Position numbers and translations under genes: made by a program | Shown: piece by piece, positions 27,742 through 37,452 of the stretch | How the letters are laid out: the number at the start of each line of letters is the position of its first letter | Position numbering within the stretch: the stretch's first letter is position 1 | NCBI GenBank assembly: GCA_963705105.1 | Contig: CAVPIW010000005.1 | Coordinates: forward strand, 320,001-384,000 | Source: an uncultured Nitrospiraceae bacterium | GTDB taxonomy: Bacteria > Nitrospirota > Thermodesulfovibrionia > Thermodesulfovibrionales > Dissulfurispiraceae | Length of the DNA: 64,000 nt | Direction of reading: 5' to 3' | The notes under the pieces: generated by a model | Told to the model about the DNA's origin: nothing | What the model saw: the letters and a program-made list of their open reading frames with translations, nothing else | Database searches by the model: none

Positions 27742-29007
27742 CTACCTGCGGCCTCCGCCTCCGCGGCCACCACCGCCACCGCCACGGGACCCACCGCCGG
27801 ACCCGCCGCTGAATCCGCCGCCGGACCCGCCGCCGCTCCGTGATCCGCTGCTCATTCCGCCAGCGCTGGCTCCACCACCGCCACGGGACCCGCTGCTCAT
27901 CTGGCTGCTGCTTCTGCTCGCCTGGCCCCGGTCGCTCGCCTGTTTATCAAAGCCACCCTGGCTTGAGCCGCTGAAGGCGCTGTCACGGCTTCCGCCGCGC
28001 TCGGCCCCGCCGGCCTTGCCGGAATCGGTCCGTGCACTCCGGTCGGAAGCACCGGCCTGCGCCCCGGAACCGCGTCCCTCAGAATATCCCCTGGTGTCCC
28101 GGCCTGCCTGCGATGTGCGCGCCGATGACTGCCCGTGCTTCTGGGCCGTCGCCTGGTCCCGGTAGGCGACTCCGCCCCGGTGGCCCGCGTCATGCTTCCA
28201 TGAACCCTTGCCGGCCTGGTTCACCTGTCCCTTGTTCTGCATCTGCTTCTGGTAATTTTGACGGTTGATATTGTTGTTTATGTTTGTGTTCCTGTTGACA
28301 TCGATATCGACATCGCCCCCTCTCCAGTTCGCATTGCCCCACGCATAGCCCCAGGCGGCGCCGATGGCAACCCCTGTAAGAAGAGCAGCACCTGCCCCAT
28401 ACGGATAATAGGGATAGGGCGGATATGACGGGTATGCCCATGCGCCGTAGACAACAGTCGGGTTGTATGTCGGCACATAGACGACCTGGGGGCTGGCAGA
28501 TTCGATGATGATGACCTCTTGTTCGACCTTGACAACCTGCTCCTTTGTCGTTTTCAGGTTGCCCTCCGCCTTTGCCTTTGCCCGAAGCTTCTGGATTGTG
28601 TTCATGACGTCTTTCTGCTGGGCGAGGAATGCGTCGCCCAACTTCTGTGTCAGGTCGAGCTTCTCGCTCATCATGGTCAGCACGTTGGGAAAGTTCACCA
28701 GGGACTTGACGCTCGGGTCCCAGGGCTGAGCCTCGAGGGCTTTCGTCAGTGCGTCACCCTTCATACTCTTGTTCTGCTTTGCCCAGCGATCAGCCTGCAC
28801 GACCTCAAGGGGATACGTGGAAGCCATCAGTATCTGGGTAAGCAGGGAGTCAGGGTAGAGCGCAATCGGCGCAAGAAGCTGCTCCAGCTCTTCCTGCTTG
28901 AAAGCGGGCTTCCCCCCCGCATCCTGCGCGGCGACGTTGAACGGCATGATCAGCGCCGCGATAAGCAATACACTCATCACGCGCATCCAGTTTCTTCGTT
29001 TGTTCAT
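27742..29007 (-). CDS. DUF3300 family protein with Gly/Ser-rich tail
   Basis: LAPIALYPDSLLTQILMASTYP, WDPSVKSL, VYVPTYNP. Confidence 0.9.
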   Translation of the reverse strand: MNKRRNWMRVMSVLLIAALIMPFNVAAQDAGGKPAFKQEELEQLLAPIALYPDSLLTQILMASTYPLEVVQADRWAKQNKSMKGDALTKALEAQPWDPSVKSLVNFPNVLTMMSEKLDLTQKLGDAFLAQQKDVMNTIQKLRAKAKAEGNLKTTKEQVVKVEQEVIIIESASPQVVYVPTYNPTVVYGAWAYPSYPPYPYYPYGAGAALLTGVAIGAAWGYAWGNANWRGGDVDIDVNRNTNINNNINRQNYQKQMQNKGQVNQAGKGSWKHDAGHRGGVAYRDQATAQKHGQSSARTSQAGRDTRGYSEGRGSGAQAGASDRSARTDSGKAGGAERGGSRDSAFSGSSQGGFDKQASDRGQASRSSSQMSSGSRGGGGASAGGMSSGSRSGGGSGGGFSGGSGGGSRGGGGGGRGGGGRR

Positions 29008-29088
29008 ATTTTCCTCCTTTACAGTTGCTCACAGAGCAGATGTCTTCAACATCCCGTTAAGTTCCACAGCATAGGACTTGCCATTTCC

Positions 29089-29445
29089 GTCATTCCCCGG
29101 CTTGACCGGGGAATCCAGATAGTATGGCCTCATACAGATCTTTCCACTCAGGGTTCCTTTCCTCAATGAGGTCTGTTTTCCACCGGCGGTTGTACTTCTT
29201 CAATCTCTTCTCTCGCCGGATGGCATGTTCAACATCCATGAAGTGTTCATAGTAGACAAGTTTATCAACACCATACCGTTCTGTAAATCCTTTCGCCACC
29301 TTATTCTTGTGTTCCCACACCCGTTTTATCAAATCAGACGTGACTCCTACATACATCGTGCCATTCCGCTGACTCGCCAGTATGTAAACGTAGAAGTTCT
29401 TTTCCAATGAAGAACCTGGATTCCCCGGTCAAGCCGGGGAATGAC
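29089..29445. mobile_element. Palindrome-bounded GIY-YIG cassette
   Basis: 30-bp perfect inverted repeats 29089-29118 and 29416-29445, each itself a hairpin. Confidence 0.7.
29090..29407 (-). CDS. Small standalone GIY-YIG nuclease
   Basis: FYVYIL...MYVGVT...RVWEH...LVYYE...AIRREK...NPEW; TTG start. Confidence 0.92.
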   Translation of the reverse strand: MEKNFYVYILASQRNGTMYVGVTSDLIKRVWEHKNKVAKGFTERYGVDKLVYYEHFMDVEHAIRREKRLKKYNRRWKTDLIEERNPEWKDLYEAILSGFPGQAGE

Positions 29446-29537
29446 AGTCTCCCAAGCGTTCAATTACCACACAATTTCTGCAATTCTCCATTTTCCTGAG
29501 ACCCTTCGCCATTCCGCAATTCTCTGTCTCAACCCCC

Positions 29538-30623
29538 TTACCCCGCCGGGACCGTGATGATCGGGGCGCCCTCCTTGCCTCCCGTCTCGGTAAGGGAAAA
29601 GATGAACATCAGGAACGAAAAGAGCGACTTCGAGCGCACGTCGCGGTCATCGATCCAGAACCAGTGATTCCGATAGGGGACGGCAATGAAGGCGTCAGCG
29701 GGTTTCCCCGCTGAACTCTGGATCCTGATGAGCGGAGCAACGTGGGCGCCCTGCGCCGTCTCCTCAAGCATGGTCGGGGTCACCCGCTTTTCCTCCACGT
29801 GCACGGCCGGCACCTCGATGGTTGACGCCAGATCGATGATGATCTCGAGCATTGACCGGCTCAACATGGCGATCTCCCTGTCGTCTTTGGCTATTGAACC
29901 ATAGGCGATCCTGAATTCATCCGCTGCGAGGTCGAGGCCGAGTGTTTTACGGACAAAGCCGATGTCCTCCTCCAGTGACGGATCGACCTTCCCCCGGAAG
30001 CCCATCAGCACCCCTTCCGTCTCGTTCGTCCTCTGGACCCTTAGCCCTATGGCGCCGGAGTTCTGGATCTTCCGCAATCTCTCCAGGAGAGGGTAGAACT
30101 CAGGGTCGGCAGGGCGTGCCCGCGCAGTGCCTCCGAAGCGGTTTCTGACACCGTTGACGGAGTGGACGCAGATCCGCAGGACGAGATCGATGGGATAGCC
30201 CCCCTGGATCAGGCTCAGTATGGCAGGCGGCGGGATCGGCTTCATCAGGCTCCGGGTAAATTTCTCTCCGCTGAGCGGCATATAGGTGATGGTGGGCCGG
30301 TCGACATACCGCACGGCGGCCCCCGTTGACTGCGCGTTTGTCCCGGCCTGCACCACGGGATTCACCCAGGTGAGCCTGAGGTCCACCTGGCTCTCCACGG
30401 AGTACTGGTTGATCACCGAGGCGACGTCGAGGAAGACGGGCGTGTCGCCATACCGCAGCTTCACCGTGTTGATGAGCATCTGCTGCTTCCAGGAGTCCCC
30501 AAGAGCCCCCGTATAGTCGAAGCGGTCGTGTACGACCGTTTTTGGCCCGATGCCCCCGCAGCCGGAGAGAACGAACAGACTGAGTGAAAGGGTAATCAGC
30601 ATTAACATTTTGACGGATTTCAT
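29538..30623 (-). CDS. Hypothetical lipoprotein
   Basis: Lipobox LSGC; long intact ORF. Confidence 0.75.
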   Translation of the reverse strand: MKSVKMLMLITLSLSLFVLSGCGGIGPKTVVHDRFDYTGALGDSWKQQMLINTVKLRYGDTPVFLDVASVINQYSVESQVDLRLTWVNPVVQAGTNAQSTGAAVRYVDRPTITYMPLSGEKFTRSLMKPIPPPAILSLIQGGYPIDLVLRICVHSVNGVRNRFGGTARARPADPEFYPLLERLRKIQNSGAIGLRVQRTNETEGVLMGFRGKVDPSLEEDIGFVRKTLGLDLAADEFRIAYGSIAKDDREIAMLSRSMLEIIIDLASTIEVPAVHVEEKRVTPTMLEETAQGAHVAPLIRIQSSAGKPADAFIAVPYRNHWFWIDDRDVRSKSLFSFLMFIFSLTETGGKEGAPIITVPAG

Positions 30624-30643
30624 AGTTCTTGTGCTCCGGCACG

Positions 30644-32122
30644 TCATAGAGGGTCCAGACGGAAGAAATGACACTGCCAGGGGCCCAGGGCAACGTACAG
30701 TCCGAAATCCCGCATGTCATCGCCATTCCTGTCGTAGCTCTCACCTGACAGCATATCGTTGAGACGCCAGGTCCTTCCTCTGAGCGCATCCCACGGCATG
30801 TGGACGAGCGCCTGAGCGGTTACTTCAGAGAAATTCACGATGATGAGATAACGCTCGTCGTCCTTGACCCAACACCAGCTTAACACATTGAGACAGCTCT
30901 GGTTGTCGGGCCATCCTGTCCGCTCGCAGAGGCGCCAATCGCCGTTCCGGAAAACATCATGGCCGAGTGCCTTCAGGAGGCCGCTATAGAAGGCCGCAAG
31001 GTCTGTATCGACGGGCTCCTCGGGGCGACGGCCCAAAAACACGGGCAGCCTCACCTTCATCCCCTCGGACTGCCCCTCGTGAAGCAGCCTCGCCCCGGTG
31101 AGCGTGAGGCTCACCACCGCCGCGGCCCGTTCCTTCTCAGTGCCGAACGTTGCCGCGGCCCTCGGCTCGTCGTGGTTCTCGATGAAGCGGACCATCCTCT
31201 CCTGGTAGGCGAGGTCTGCGCAGAGGTGAAGCCGAACGTCCTCGGCATTGCTGTGTTCGAGGCGGTCATAGAGCTTCTTGTCGTAGCAGTAGTCAAACCC
31301 CTGCTGCTGCAGCTCCCATTCGAGGTCCCAGTATGCTTCAGCGATGAACCTGAAGTCGGGATGCTTCGCTCTGACGGGCGGGATAAGGGTCGTCCAGTAG
31401 TCGCTCTCCGGCTTTTCACCGGCGCGCTGCCCCCAGGTCCGCTCGAAGATCGCGTTCAGCACGAGCATCGCCATGTCGCAGCGGATGCCGTCGCACTGCC
31501 CGGCGATGTCTGCAACCGTCCCGGCGATCGCCTGGCGCAGTCCCTGATCGAAGGCGTTCAACTGAAGCACATCGGGCCAGGCCGGAAAGTAGGGGTCCCG
31601 GCCGCAGGCGAAAACGTGGCCTCCCGCTTCAAAGAACGACGCCGGGTCTCTCTGCAGGTCATCGGCATCTCCGCGGATGAAATACCGGGGGTGTTCGAGT
31701 ACCCAGGGGTGATCAGGCGCCACGTGGTTCGGGACGAAATCAAGGATGAGCCGCATCCCCTTTTGACGGAGTATTTTCCGTGCCGCGGCGAGCCCCTCCG
31801 GGCCTCCGAGGTGACTGTCGACCACATATCTCCGCACGCAGTAAGGAGATCCGACAATGTCCTCCGTCCGAAGGTCGGGGAGGGCCCTGCGAAAGTCCGA
31901 CATGAGGCCCTCATTTTTCAACGCAACCTGAATGCCCGCCGGGCTCCGCTCCCAGACGCCCATGAACCAGACGGCATCGGCGCCGAGCGATGCCAGCAAA
32001 TCCCACTCCTGCGAGGGCACTGTGGAAAGCGTCACGGACCGGCCGTATTTCCGGCTCAGCTCATTCAGCCATACCCAGCTATTGATTTCGTAGATGATCG
32101 GATGTTTCGGCCATGGTTTCAT
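30644..32122 (-). CDS. GH13 alpha-amylase family protein
   Basis: LDFVPNH, DGIRCDMA, AEAY, FIENHDE. Confidence 0.9.
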   Translation of the reverse strand: MKPWPKHPIIYEINSWVWLNELSRKYGRSVTLSTVPSQEWDLLASLGADAVWFMGVWERSPAGIQVALKNEGLMSDFRRALPDLRTEDIVGSPYCVRRYVVDSHLGGPEGLAAARKILRQKGMRLILDFVPNHVAPDHPWVLEHPRYFIRGDADDLQRDPASFFEAGGHVFACGRDPYFPAWPDVLQLNAFDQGLRQAIAGTVADIAGQCDGIRCDMAMLVLNAIFERTWGQRAGEKPESDYWTTLIPPVRAKHPDFRFIAEAYWDLEWELQQQGFDYCYDKKLYDRLEHSNAEDVRLHLCADLAYQERMVRFIENHDEPRAAATFGTEKERAAAVVSLTLTGARLLHEGQSEGMKVRLPVFLGRRPEEPVDTDLAAFYSGLLKALGHDVFRNGDWRLCERTGWPDNQSCLNVLSWCWVKDDERYLIIVNFSEVTAQALVHMPWDALRGRTWRLNDMLSGESYDRNGDDMRDFGLYVALGPWQCHFFRLDPL

Positions 32123-32251
32123 ATCTTTGCCCTCCGTTCCGGTTTCTTTCGCGTGAAGGCCCCGCCCTTGCCTGCTTCGTCCTCGCCATGGTTGCCTTCG
32201 CTGTTCGTGAGCCCGAAGAGACGCTCTTTGAGAATGGGGTCCTTCATTGCT

Positions 32252-32324
32252 AATTGGACATCTTTTCCGACACTGACACTGACACTCACACTGACACTGT
32301 TTTCAGAGTGCTTCGCCCCGCCTT
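32252..32324 (+). repeat. Partial family A element (core with GACACT repeats and right arm)
   Basis: Near-identical to 12018-12088. Confidence 0.75.
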
Positions 32325-32350
32325 GCCGCTAATATCCGCTATGCTTGCGG

Positions 32351-32890
32351 CTACCCCCCTGCCAGGGACATCGTCACATGCACGACGTCATCCTCCCGCG
32401 TCTCTTTGACGGGCAGACCGCTCTTGGCGAACACCCTCAGCATCGCCTTGTTCCCGGGCAAAACATCGGCCTCGAAAGCCGCTATGCCTTTGTCGCGGGC
32501 TATACCGGTGAGGTGACCCATGATTCTGCCGGCGATGCCGAGGCCGTGATAGTCCTCTTCGACGATGAACGCCACCTCTGCGTTGCGCAAACCGCCGGGG
32601 GCGTTATAGGCGAAGTAACGTCCCCCGCCGATGATCGTTTCGTCCTGCCCTTCGCCCTTCGTCATCACCAGGGCGACGACGTTCTCGAAATCCACATCGG
32701 TGATCCCCCTGAGCTCCTCTTCGGTCAATGCTTCCTTGTACCTGAACAGGCGGGTATAGACGGACTCCCGCTCGAGGTTGCTGAATGCGCCGGCGATCCT
32801 GTCCCTGTCATCGGGCCTGATCGCCCTGACGGCAACGACCGTGCCGTTTTTTAGGGTCTCCGAAACACTGTAATTCCGCGCGTCGATCAT
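32351..32890 (-). CDS. GNAT family acetyltransferase
   Basis: AEVAFIV, YHGLGIAG, NKAML motifs. Confidence 0.88.
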   Translation of the reverse strand: MIDARNYSVSETLKNGTVVAVRAIRPDDRDRIAGAFSNLERESVYTRLFRYKEALTEEELRGITDVDFENVVALVMTKGEGQDETIIGGGRYFAYNAPGGLRNAEVAFIVEEDYHGLGIAGRIMGHLTGIARDKGIAAFEADVLPGNKAMLRVFAKSGLPVKETREDDVVHVTMSLAGG

Positions 32891-32945
32891 TGTCGCTTCT
32901 CCTTTTTTCCCCGGCATATGAGGCGGCACTCACCTCATTCCCGGT

Positions 32946-34175
32946 CTACTTGTGAACAGCGCCGGCCGGTTGCAGAAAACCCGGCGGCGTCTTCTGCCAC
33001 GGATACCCCTTTGCCGCCATATTGTATCCCACTTCAAAAAGCTGACGCATGTATGCCGTATCGAAATCCTCCTTCTTCGGCACATTGAAACTCGACGGGA
33101 TGTAGGCCAGGTGATAATCGAGGCCGTCTTGCTGAGCCGTCAGGTAGATCCGATAGAGGTCGCCGATGCCCTGAGTGTGAATCAGTGCCCCGATGGCCCG
33201 CCCGGCAATGGTCAGCGTCCGGCGATCCACCTGGGCCCACTCGGGGTCAAGCCGGCTGTTGCGGATGATGTAAAGCTTTCTTTCCCTCACCTCACCTCGC
33301 TCCTTCTCAAAGTCTTTCACCTTAGCGCTGATTGCCGGCGGGTAGACGAAGACCTGCGCCATTGTGCCGCCATCCACGTGCATTTCCTGGTATTTCTGCC
33401 CCCCTGCCTCCACATCGATCATCACCGGAGGGAAGGCCCCGGGGATGGCCGCAGAGGCGATCAGGATGCTCCGGAACAGCTCAAGCGCCCCGGGATGGCC
33501 GCTCACGGCAATCTTGGTCATATTCCAGATGAGCCCCTGGCGGGCATCGAGGTCCACAGTGGCCACCAGGAGGAAGCGCCCCTTCTTGTACTCGGCCCCG
33601 ATTGCGTCAAGCATCTTCTGGTCCACCGCCTTTCCAACCAGTCCCCATAAGGGCCGGTTGTCGGCCATGGCGTCATCGGTAAGGGCTGACAGCATGCTTC
33701 GTTTCTCCAGGATGTCCTTGGGGGATATGTTTGTGTAGAACTCCTTCAGCTGGGCGTCGTATGACGGCCCCAGAAAGGCAAAGGGGGCGATCAGGGCCCC
33801 GGTGCTGATGCCCGTCACCAGCTTGAACACCGGCCGGTCCCCGGCTGCTGTCCATCCACAGAGCAGCCCCGCGCCGAACGCACCATTGTCGCCCCCGCCG
33901 GAGACTGCAAGATAGACCGCCGGTGGAAGCGGACCGGAATGTCCGCTCGCTGCAAGCAGCTCCTGCTCACGCCTGTAAGAATCGAGGCCTTCCTGCGACA
34001 TGGCAGCCATGTCTCTGGCGACGCCGACGCGGTAACGAACATCAGCAAGCCCGGGCACCTGTGCCTGATCCTCCAGGCCCATGGGAACCGCGGCCTGACG
34101 CGTCGGTGTGGCGCAGCCCTGCAGGGCCATGACAAAGATCGCGAGCACAACCATGATAAATCTGGAACAGTTCAT
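32946..34175 (-). CDS. Patatin-like phospholipase lipoprotein
   Basis: SGGGDNGAFGAG, GISTG, DGG; lipobox LQGC. Confidence 0.9.
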   Translation of the reverse strand: MNCSRFIMVVLAIFVMALQGCATPTRQAAVPMGLEDQAQVPGLADVRYRVGVARDMAAMSQEGLDSYRREQELLAASGHSGPLPPAVYLAVSGGGDNGAFGAGLLCGWTAAGDRPVFKLVTGISTGALIAPFAFLGPSYDAQLKEFYTNISPKDILEKRSMLSALTDDAMADNRPLWGLVGKAVDQKMLDAIGAEYKKGRFLLVATVDLDARQGLIWNMTKIAVSGHPGALELFRSILIASAAIPGAFPPVMIDVEAGGQKYQEMHVDGGTMAQVFVYPPAISAKVKDFEKERGEVRERKLYIIRNSRLDPEWAQVDRRTLTIAGRAIGALIHTQGIGDLYRIYLTAQQDGLDYHLAYIPSSFNVPKKEDFDTAYMRQLFEVGYNMAAKGYPWQKTPPGFLQPAGAVHK

Positions 34176-34269
34176 TGAAGTCCTCCTATGCGCAATATCG
34201 GTTTTGCGCAGATGGCACGTCCGGGAACGGTCCTGGTGGCGGATGAAAGCAGCTCCGGGCATCGACCGT

Positions 34270-34929
34270 TCACTCGTTCAGTTCAGAATCTTTCAAAAAC
34301 GTTGTCCCCCCCCAGTTCGCCTGGAGCAGGAGCCCCTTGTCCGTAATCTGGTAGACCTTTATGTAGGGGTTGAAAGAGACCGCCTCGGCGGCCCCCGCTT
34401 CCTTGTCGCCCATCTTTACCACGGCATCTGCCGAGGCGCCTGCGTCCATCCCGATCGTGGTGAACTGGTCGAAGACGGTCTTGTTTTTGAAGACCAGGAC
34501 CATGCGGTAATCCTTGTACCCGACTCCCGGCCCCGTCCCCGCCTTCATCATGGTCATATACGTCGCCTTGCCGGACGCATTGTCAACAGCGATACCCTTG
34601 CCCTTGACACCGACGAACAGGACGACGTTGATCCCCGTGGCATCGAACACCGCGTAGCCCGTGGCACTCTTGATTTCGGTCTTCGCGTCGGGATTTGTCT
34701 TGTAAAGCTGCTCGAGTGTCCTGTCTTTCATAGCCATGACGGCCCGCCGCTTTTCTTCCTTCTTCGGGTCCTTCTTCGGCTGCTCCCCGGTGTCATTTGT
34801 TGCCGCGTCGGCGGGTGCGGATGCCGCTTTCTGATTGACCGCTTTTTTCTCCGCTGCCGGGAGGGAGGACAGACCGGCGGATAGACAGAAGGCTACCAAA
34901 AGAACTAACGTCACAACATATCTATTCAT
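34270..34929 (-). CDS. Ysc84/SYLF-like exported protein
   Basis: Signal peptide, GYAVF, YQITDKGL; paralog of the next gene. Confidence 0.7.
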   Translation of the reverse strand: MNRYVVTLVLLVAFCLSAGLSSLPAAEKKAVNQKAASAPADAATNDTGEQPKKDPKKEEKRRAVMAMKDRTLEQLYKTNPDAKTEIKSATGYAVFDATGINVVLFVGVKGKGIAVDNASGKATYMTMMKAGTGPGVGYKDYRMVLVFKNKTVFDQFTTIGMDAGASADAVVKMGDKEAGAAEAVSFNPYIKVYQITDKGLLLQANWGGTTFLKDSELNE

Positions 34930-34992
34930 GCAGAATACCCCTTTAACTACATATTTTATAGTACAGAAACCGGGACGCCTGAAGGCATCCCG

Positions 34993-35565
34993 CTAATTCA
35001 ACTCATCGTTCTTGTAGTACTTCGTCCCTTTTGCCGTGATCTCGGCAGCCAGGCCCGTGTCCGTGAGCTGATACATCCAGACCCCCGGGGACACGGAGGC
35101 GGCCCCGGCCATGGCCGCACCCTTCCGGTCGACTTTCGCCGCTGCCGTGGTCTGTCCGCCGAACTCCCATCCCTTGTTGACAAAGCCGTCCAGGGCCGCG
35201 GCGTTGTCGAAGACGAAGATGACGCTGAACTTCTTGACCCCGAAACCGAGGCCGGCCTGAACCTCGACCATCTTCATGAAGGTCTCTTTCTTCGTCGTAT
35301 TGCTCACTGCCACGCCTTTGCCTGAACCGCCGCCTGCAACAAAGATCTTGGTGCCGAAGTTGCTGAAGACGGCGTATCCGGCCGAGCGCCCGATTTCGTT
35401 CTTCGCAGAAGGCTGCAGCCTGTACAGACGCGAAAGCGTCTGCTTTGCCATCTTCCTGATCTCCTGCCTCTCGCTCTCCTTCGAGGCGGACTCAGCCGCC
35501 AACGGGAGGGTAACAAACAGGAGCACTGCAATTGCCGCTGTCATACTCCGCAGAAAACTATTCAT
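34993..35565 (-). CDS. Ysc84/SYLF-like exported protein
   Basis: Signal peptide, GYAVFSN, YQLTDTGL, GTKYY. Confidence 0.75.
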   Translation of the reverse strand: MNSFLRSMTAAIAVLLFVTLPLAAESASKESERQEIRKMAKQTLSRLYRLQPSAKNEIGRSAGYAVFSNFGTKIFVAGGGSGKGVAVSNTTKKETFMKMVEVQAGLGFGVKKFSVIFVFDNAAALDGFVNKGWEFGGQTTAAAKVDRKGAAMAGAASVSPGVWMYQLTDTGLAAEITAKGTKYYKNDELN

Positions 35566-35622
35566 GTCACGCACCCCTTTCACGATTCCTCATGATCAGT
35601 TCATAGATCCTGCCCCGGTGTC

Positions 35623-36021
35623 TCACTGAAGAGTCGTGCAGGCGCCGAAGATCACGAAGGCCGATTCCATGCCTGCCATCGTGACCGTCATCTTCCCTGT
35701 TTCACGGTCAAGGATGAAGGCCCATCCGTAGCCGAGCTCGAAACCCTGGAGTGTAATCTGCTCGTCGCTCTTTTCCATCAGGCGTATCTCCGTGGTCCTC
35801 CTGGGTCCGACGATTACTTTCTTGCCGAAGTCGACGCGCATGAACTGGGGGGCGCCGAAGCTCTCTGGCAGCCCTTTCTCGCATGCCTCTCCGGGCTCGC
35901 AGCCGATGGCCTCGACGCTCGCACAGAGGAGCGTCTTCGTACCGTCGAAGTCCTCAGTGGCCCAGGCCGGCAGACTGACACACAGAAGACCGGTGATGAA
36001 CAGACATAGAAGTGATTTCAC
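35623..36021 (-). CDS. Hypothetical exported protein
   Basis: GTG with AAGGAGG RBS; signal peptide; spaced Cys residues. Confidence 0.7.
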   Translation of the reverse strand: MKSLLCLFITGLLCVSLPAWATEDFDGTKTLLCASVEAIGCEPGEACEKGLPESFGAPQFMRVDFGKKVIVGPRRTTEIRLMEKSDEQITLQGFELGYGWAFILDRETGKMTVTMAGMESAFVIFGACTTLQ

Positions 36022-36043
36022 GAGGACATCCTCCTTCAGACTC

Positions 36044-36553
36044 TTACTTGACCACATAGCCGCGGCCCTCCATGCATGCGCCGAAGGCGCGGTTGAAGCT
36101 CTGGAGCGTCGATGACTTCGCCTGTTCAGCCTGCTGCTGCTGCGCCGCCTTGTTCTTTCTCGCCTGGTGCCCTCCCGCCATGGTTCCCACAACGGCGCCG
36201 GTCGCCGCGCCTTTGCCGGTATCTCCGGCGATGGCGCCCACCGCCGCACCCCCGACGGCGCCGCGCGCCGCGCCGCGGGCCCGCTCGCCTCCGCCTGCGG
36301 CAGGTCCTGACGGCGGAGGAGGAGTGTTGGCCACAGCCACCGGGTCGATACCGGTCTGCTGTTTGGCCCAGGCATAGCACTCACCTTCATCTTTGTTCTG
36401 CTGTGAAGCCGACTGACCCTTCGACGGGTAGGGGACCACGCCGAGTGACGACGAGATGGACTGCTGGGCGGCGGCCAAACCCCAGGAAGCCAGAAGGGCG
36501 ACGCACAGCACCAGTACAATACACGTCAACTGTCTGCTTCTGTTTTGTAGCAT
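36044..36553 (-). CDS. Exported glycine-zipper protein
   Basis: Signal peptide; YPSKGQS...DEGECY; glycine zipper; CMEGRGY. Confidence 0.8.
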   Translation of the reverse strand: MLQNRSRQLTCIVLVLCVALLASWGLAAAQQSISSSLGVVPYPSKGQSASQQNKDEGECYAWAKQQTGIDPVAVANTPPPPSGPAAGGGERARGAARGAVGGAAVGAIAGDTGKGAATGAVVGTMAGGHQARKNKAAQQQQAEQAKSSTLQSFNRAFGACMEGRGYVVK

Positions 36554-36652
36554 CCGTACTCCTCCTTCATAAAATTGCGTACCCCATGACGACCGGCAGT
36601 CGCCGGCCCGGGATGGCACGACCTGATTCCTGTAACAAAAGACCTGTTTTCT

Positions 36653-36711
36653 GTCACTCCCGCTTGCCGGGAGTCCTTCCCTGAGAAAGATGCCGGACGA
36701 GCCGGAATGAC
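36653..36711. repeat. GTCATTCC-type palindrome doublet
   Basis: GTCACTCCCG...GGGAGTCC / CCGGACGAGCCGGAATGAC; similar to 37262-37341. Confidence 0.7.
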
Positions 36712-36742
36712 AATGCATGAGACATTGCCTCTGCATCCTTCA

Positions 36743-37216
36743 TTATTTCAACAGCGGCACTTCCTTGGCCAACTCGTACTTCACGATCGCCTCAATCTTG
36801 TTTTCGAGCTGATAATAGCGGGCCACCTTTTTGGCAGGCAGCACCTTGCTGAACCTGGGCAGGAAAGAAGCCTTGAGGTCTGCCCGCTCCTTCTCAAGCG
36901 CCACGAGGTCCTTGACGATTGCGCCGGCCTTCTCGTCCGTCATCTTCTCGTAGTTCGAAAGGTAATCATCGATAAGCTTGATCGTCCTTTCGTTGAGCTT
37001 CATCTTGGCCTGCTGGAACTCGTTGTACAAGGGCCAGAAGGCCTGGCTCTCGGCCTCTGTGAACTGCATGTTGTCGGCGACGATCGCCTTCTTTCCCGTC
37101 TGGAGCTGCGAGCGTATCAGCTCCTCCTCGTCAGCCTGAGTCTGGGCAAACAGCGCCGCAGGGATAATGATCATACACAATACCATCAATACGAACACAA
37201 CACTTCTTTTCATCAT
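36743..37216 (-). CDS. Hypothetical periplasmic helical protein
   Basis: AAGGAGG RBS, signal peptide, FWPLY motif. Confidence 0.75.
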   Translation of the reverse strand: MMKRSVVFVLMVLCMIIIPAALFAQTQADEEELIRSQLQTGKKAIVADNMQFTEAESQAFWPLYNEFQQAKMKLNERTIKLIDDYLSNYEKMTDEKAGAIVKDLVALEKERADLKASFLPRFSKVLPAKKVARYYQLENKIEAIVKYELAKEVPLLK

Positions 37217-37261
37217 CACATCCTCCTTTATCGATTTGGTCCATTGTGCAATCTCATGCTT

Positions 37262-37341
37262 GTCATTCCCGCAATCCCGCATCCTATGCGGGGGCGTCGG
37301 GAATCCTTCCATGAGAAAGATTCCGGACGAGCCGGAATGAC
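37262..37341. repeat. GTCATTCC-type palindrome doublet with inserted hairpin
   Basis: Same right arm as 36653-36711; CCCGCAT/ATGCGGG insert. Confidence 0.7.
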
Positions 37342-37452
37342 AAAAAACGATCTCCGAATATTTGCCGTTTGTGCGCGTCCTCCGTCGTCACGATCCTCCT
37401 TTATTCACGCATTTCCTCTCTTCATTTCTATGTGTTCAGGGACTAATGCGGC

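Noticed and set aside
27742..27900. CCG/CCA-rich low-complexity repeat
   Set aside because: Explained by the Gly/Ser-rich C-terminal tail of the DUF3300 protein.
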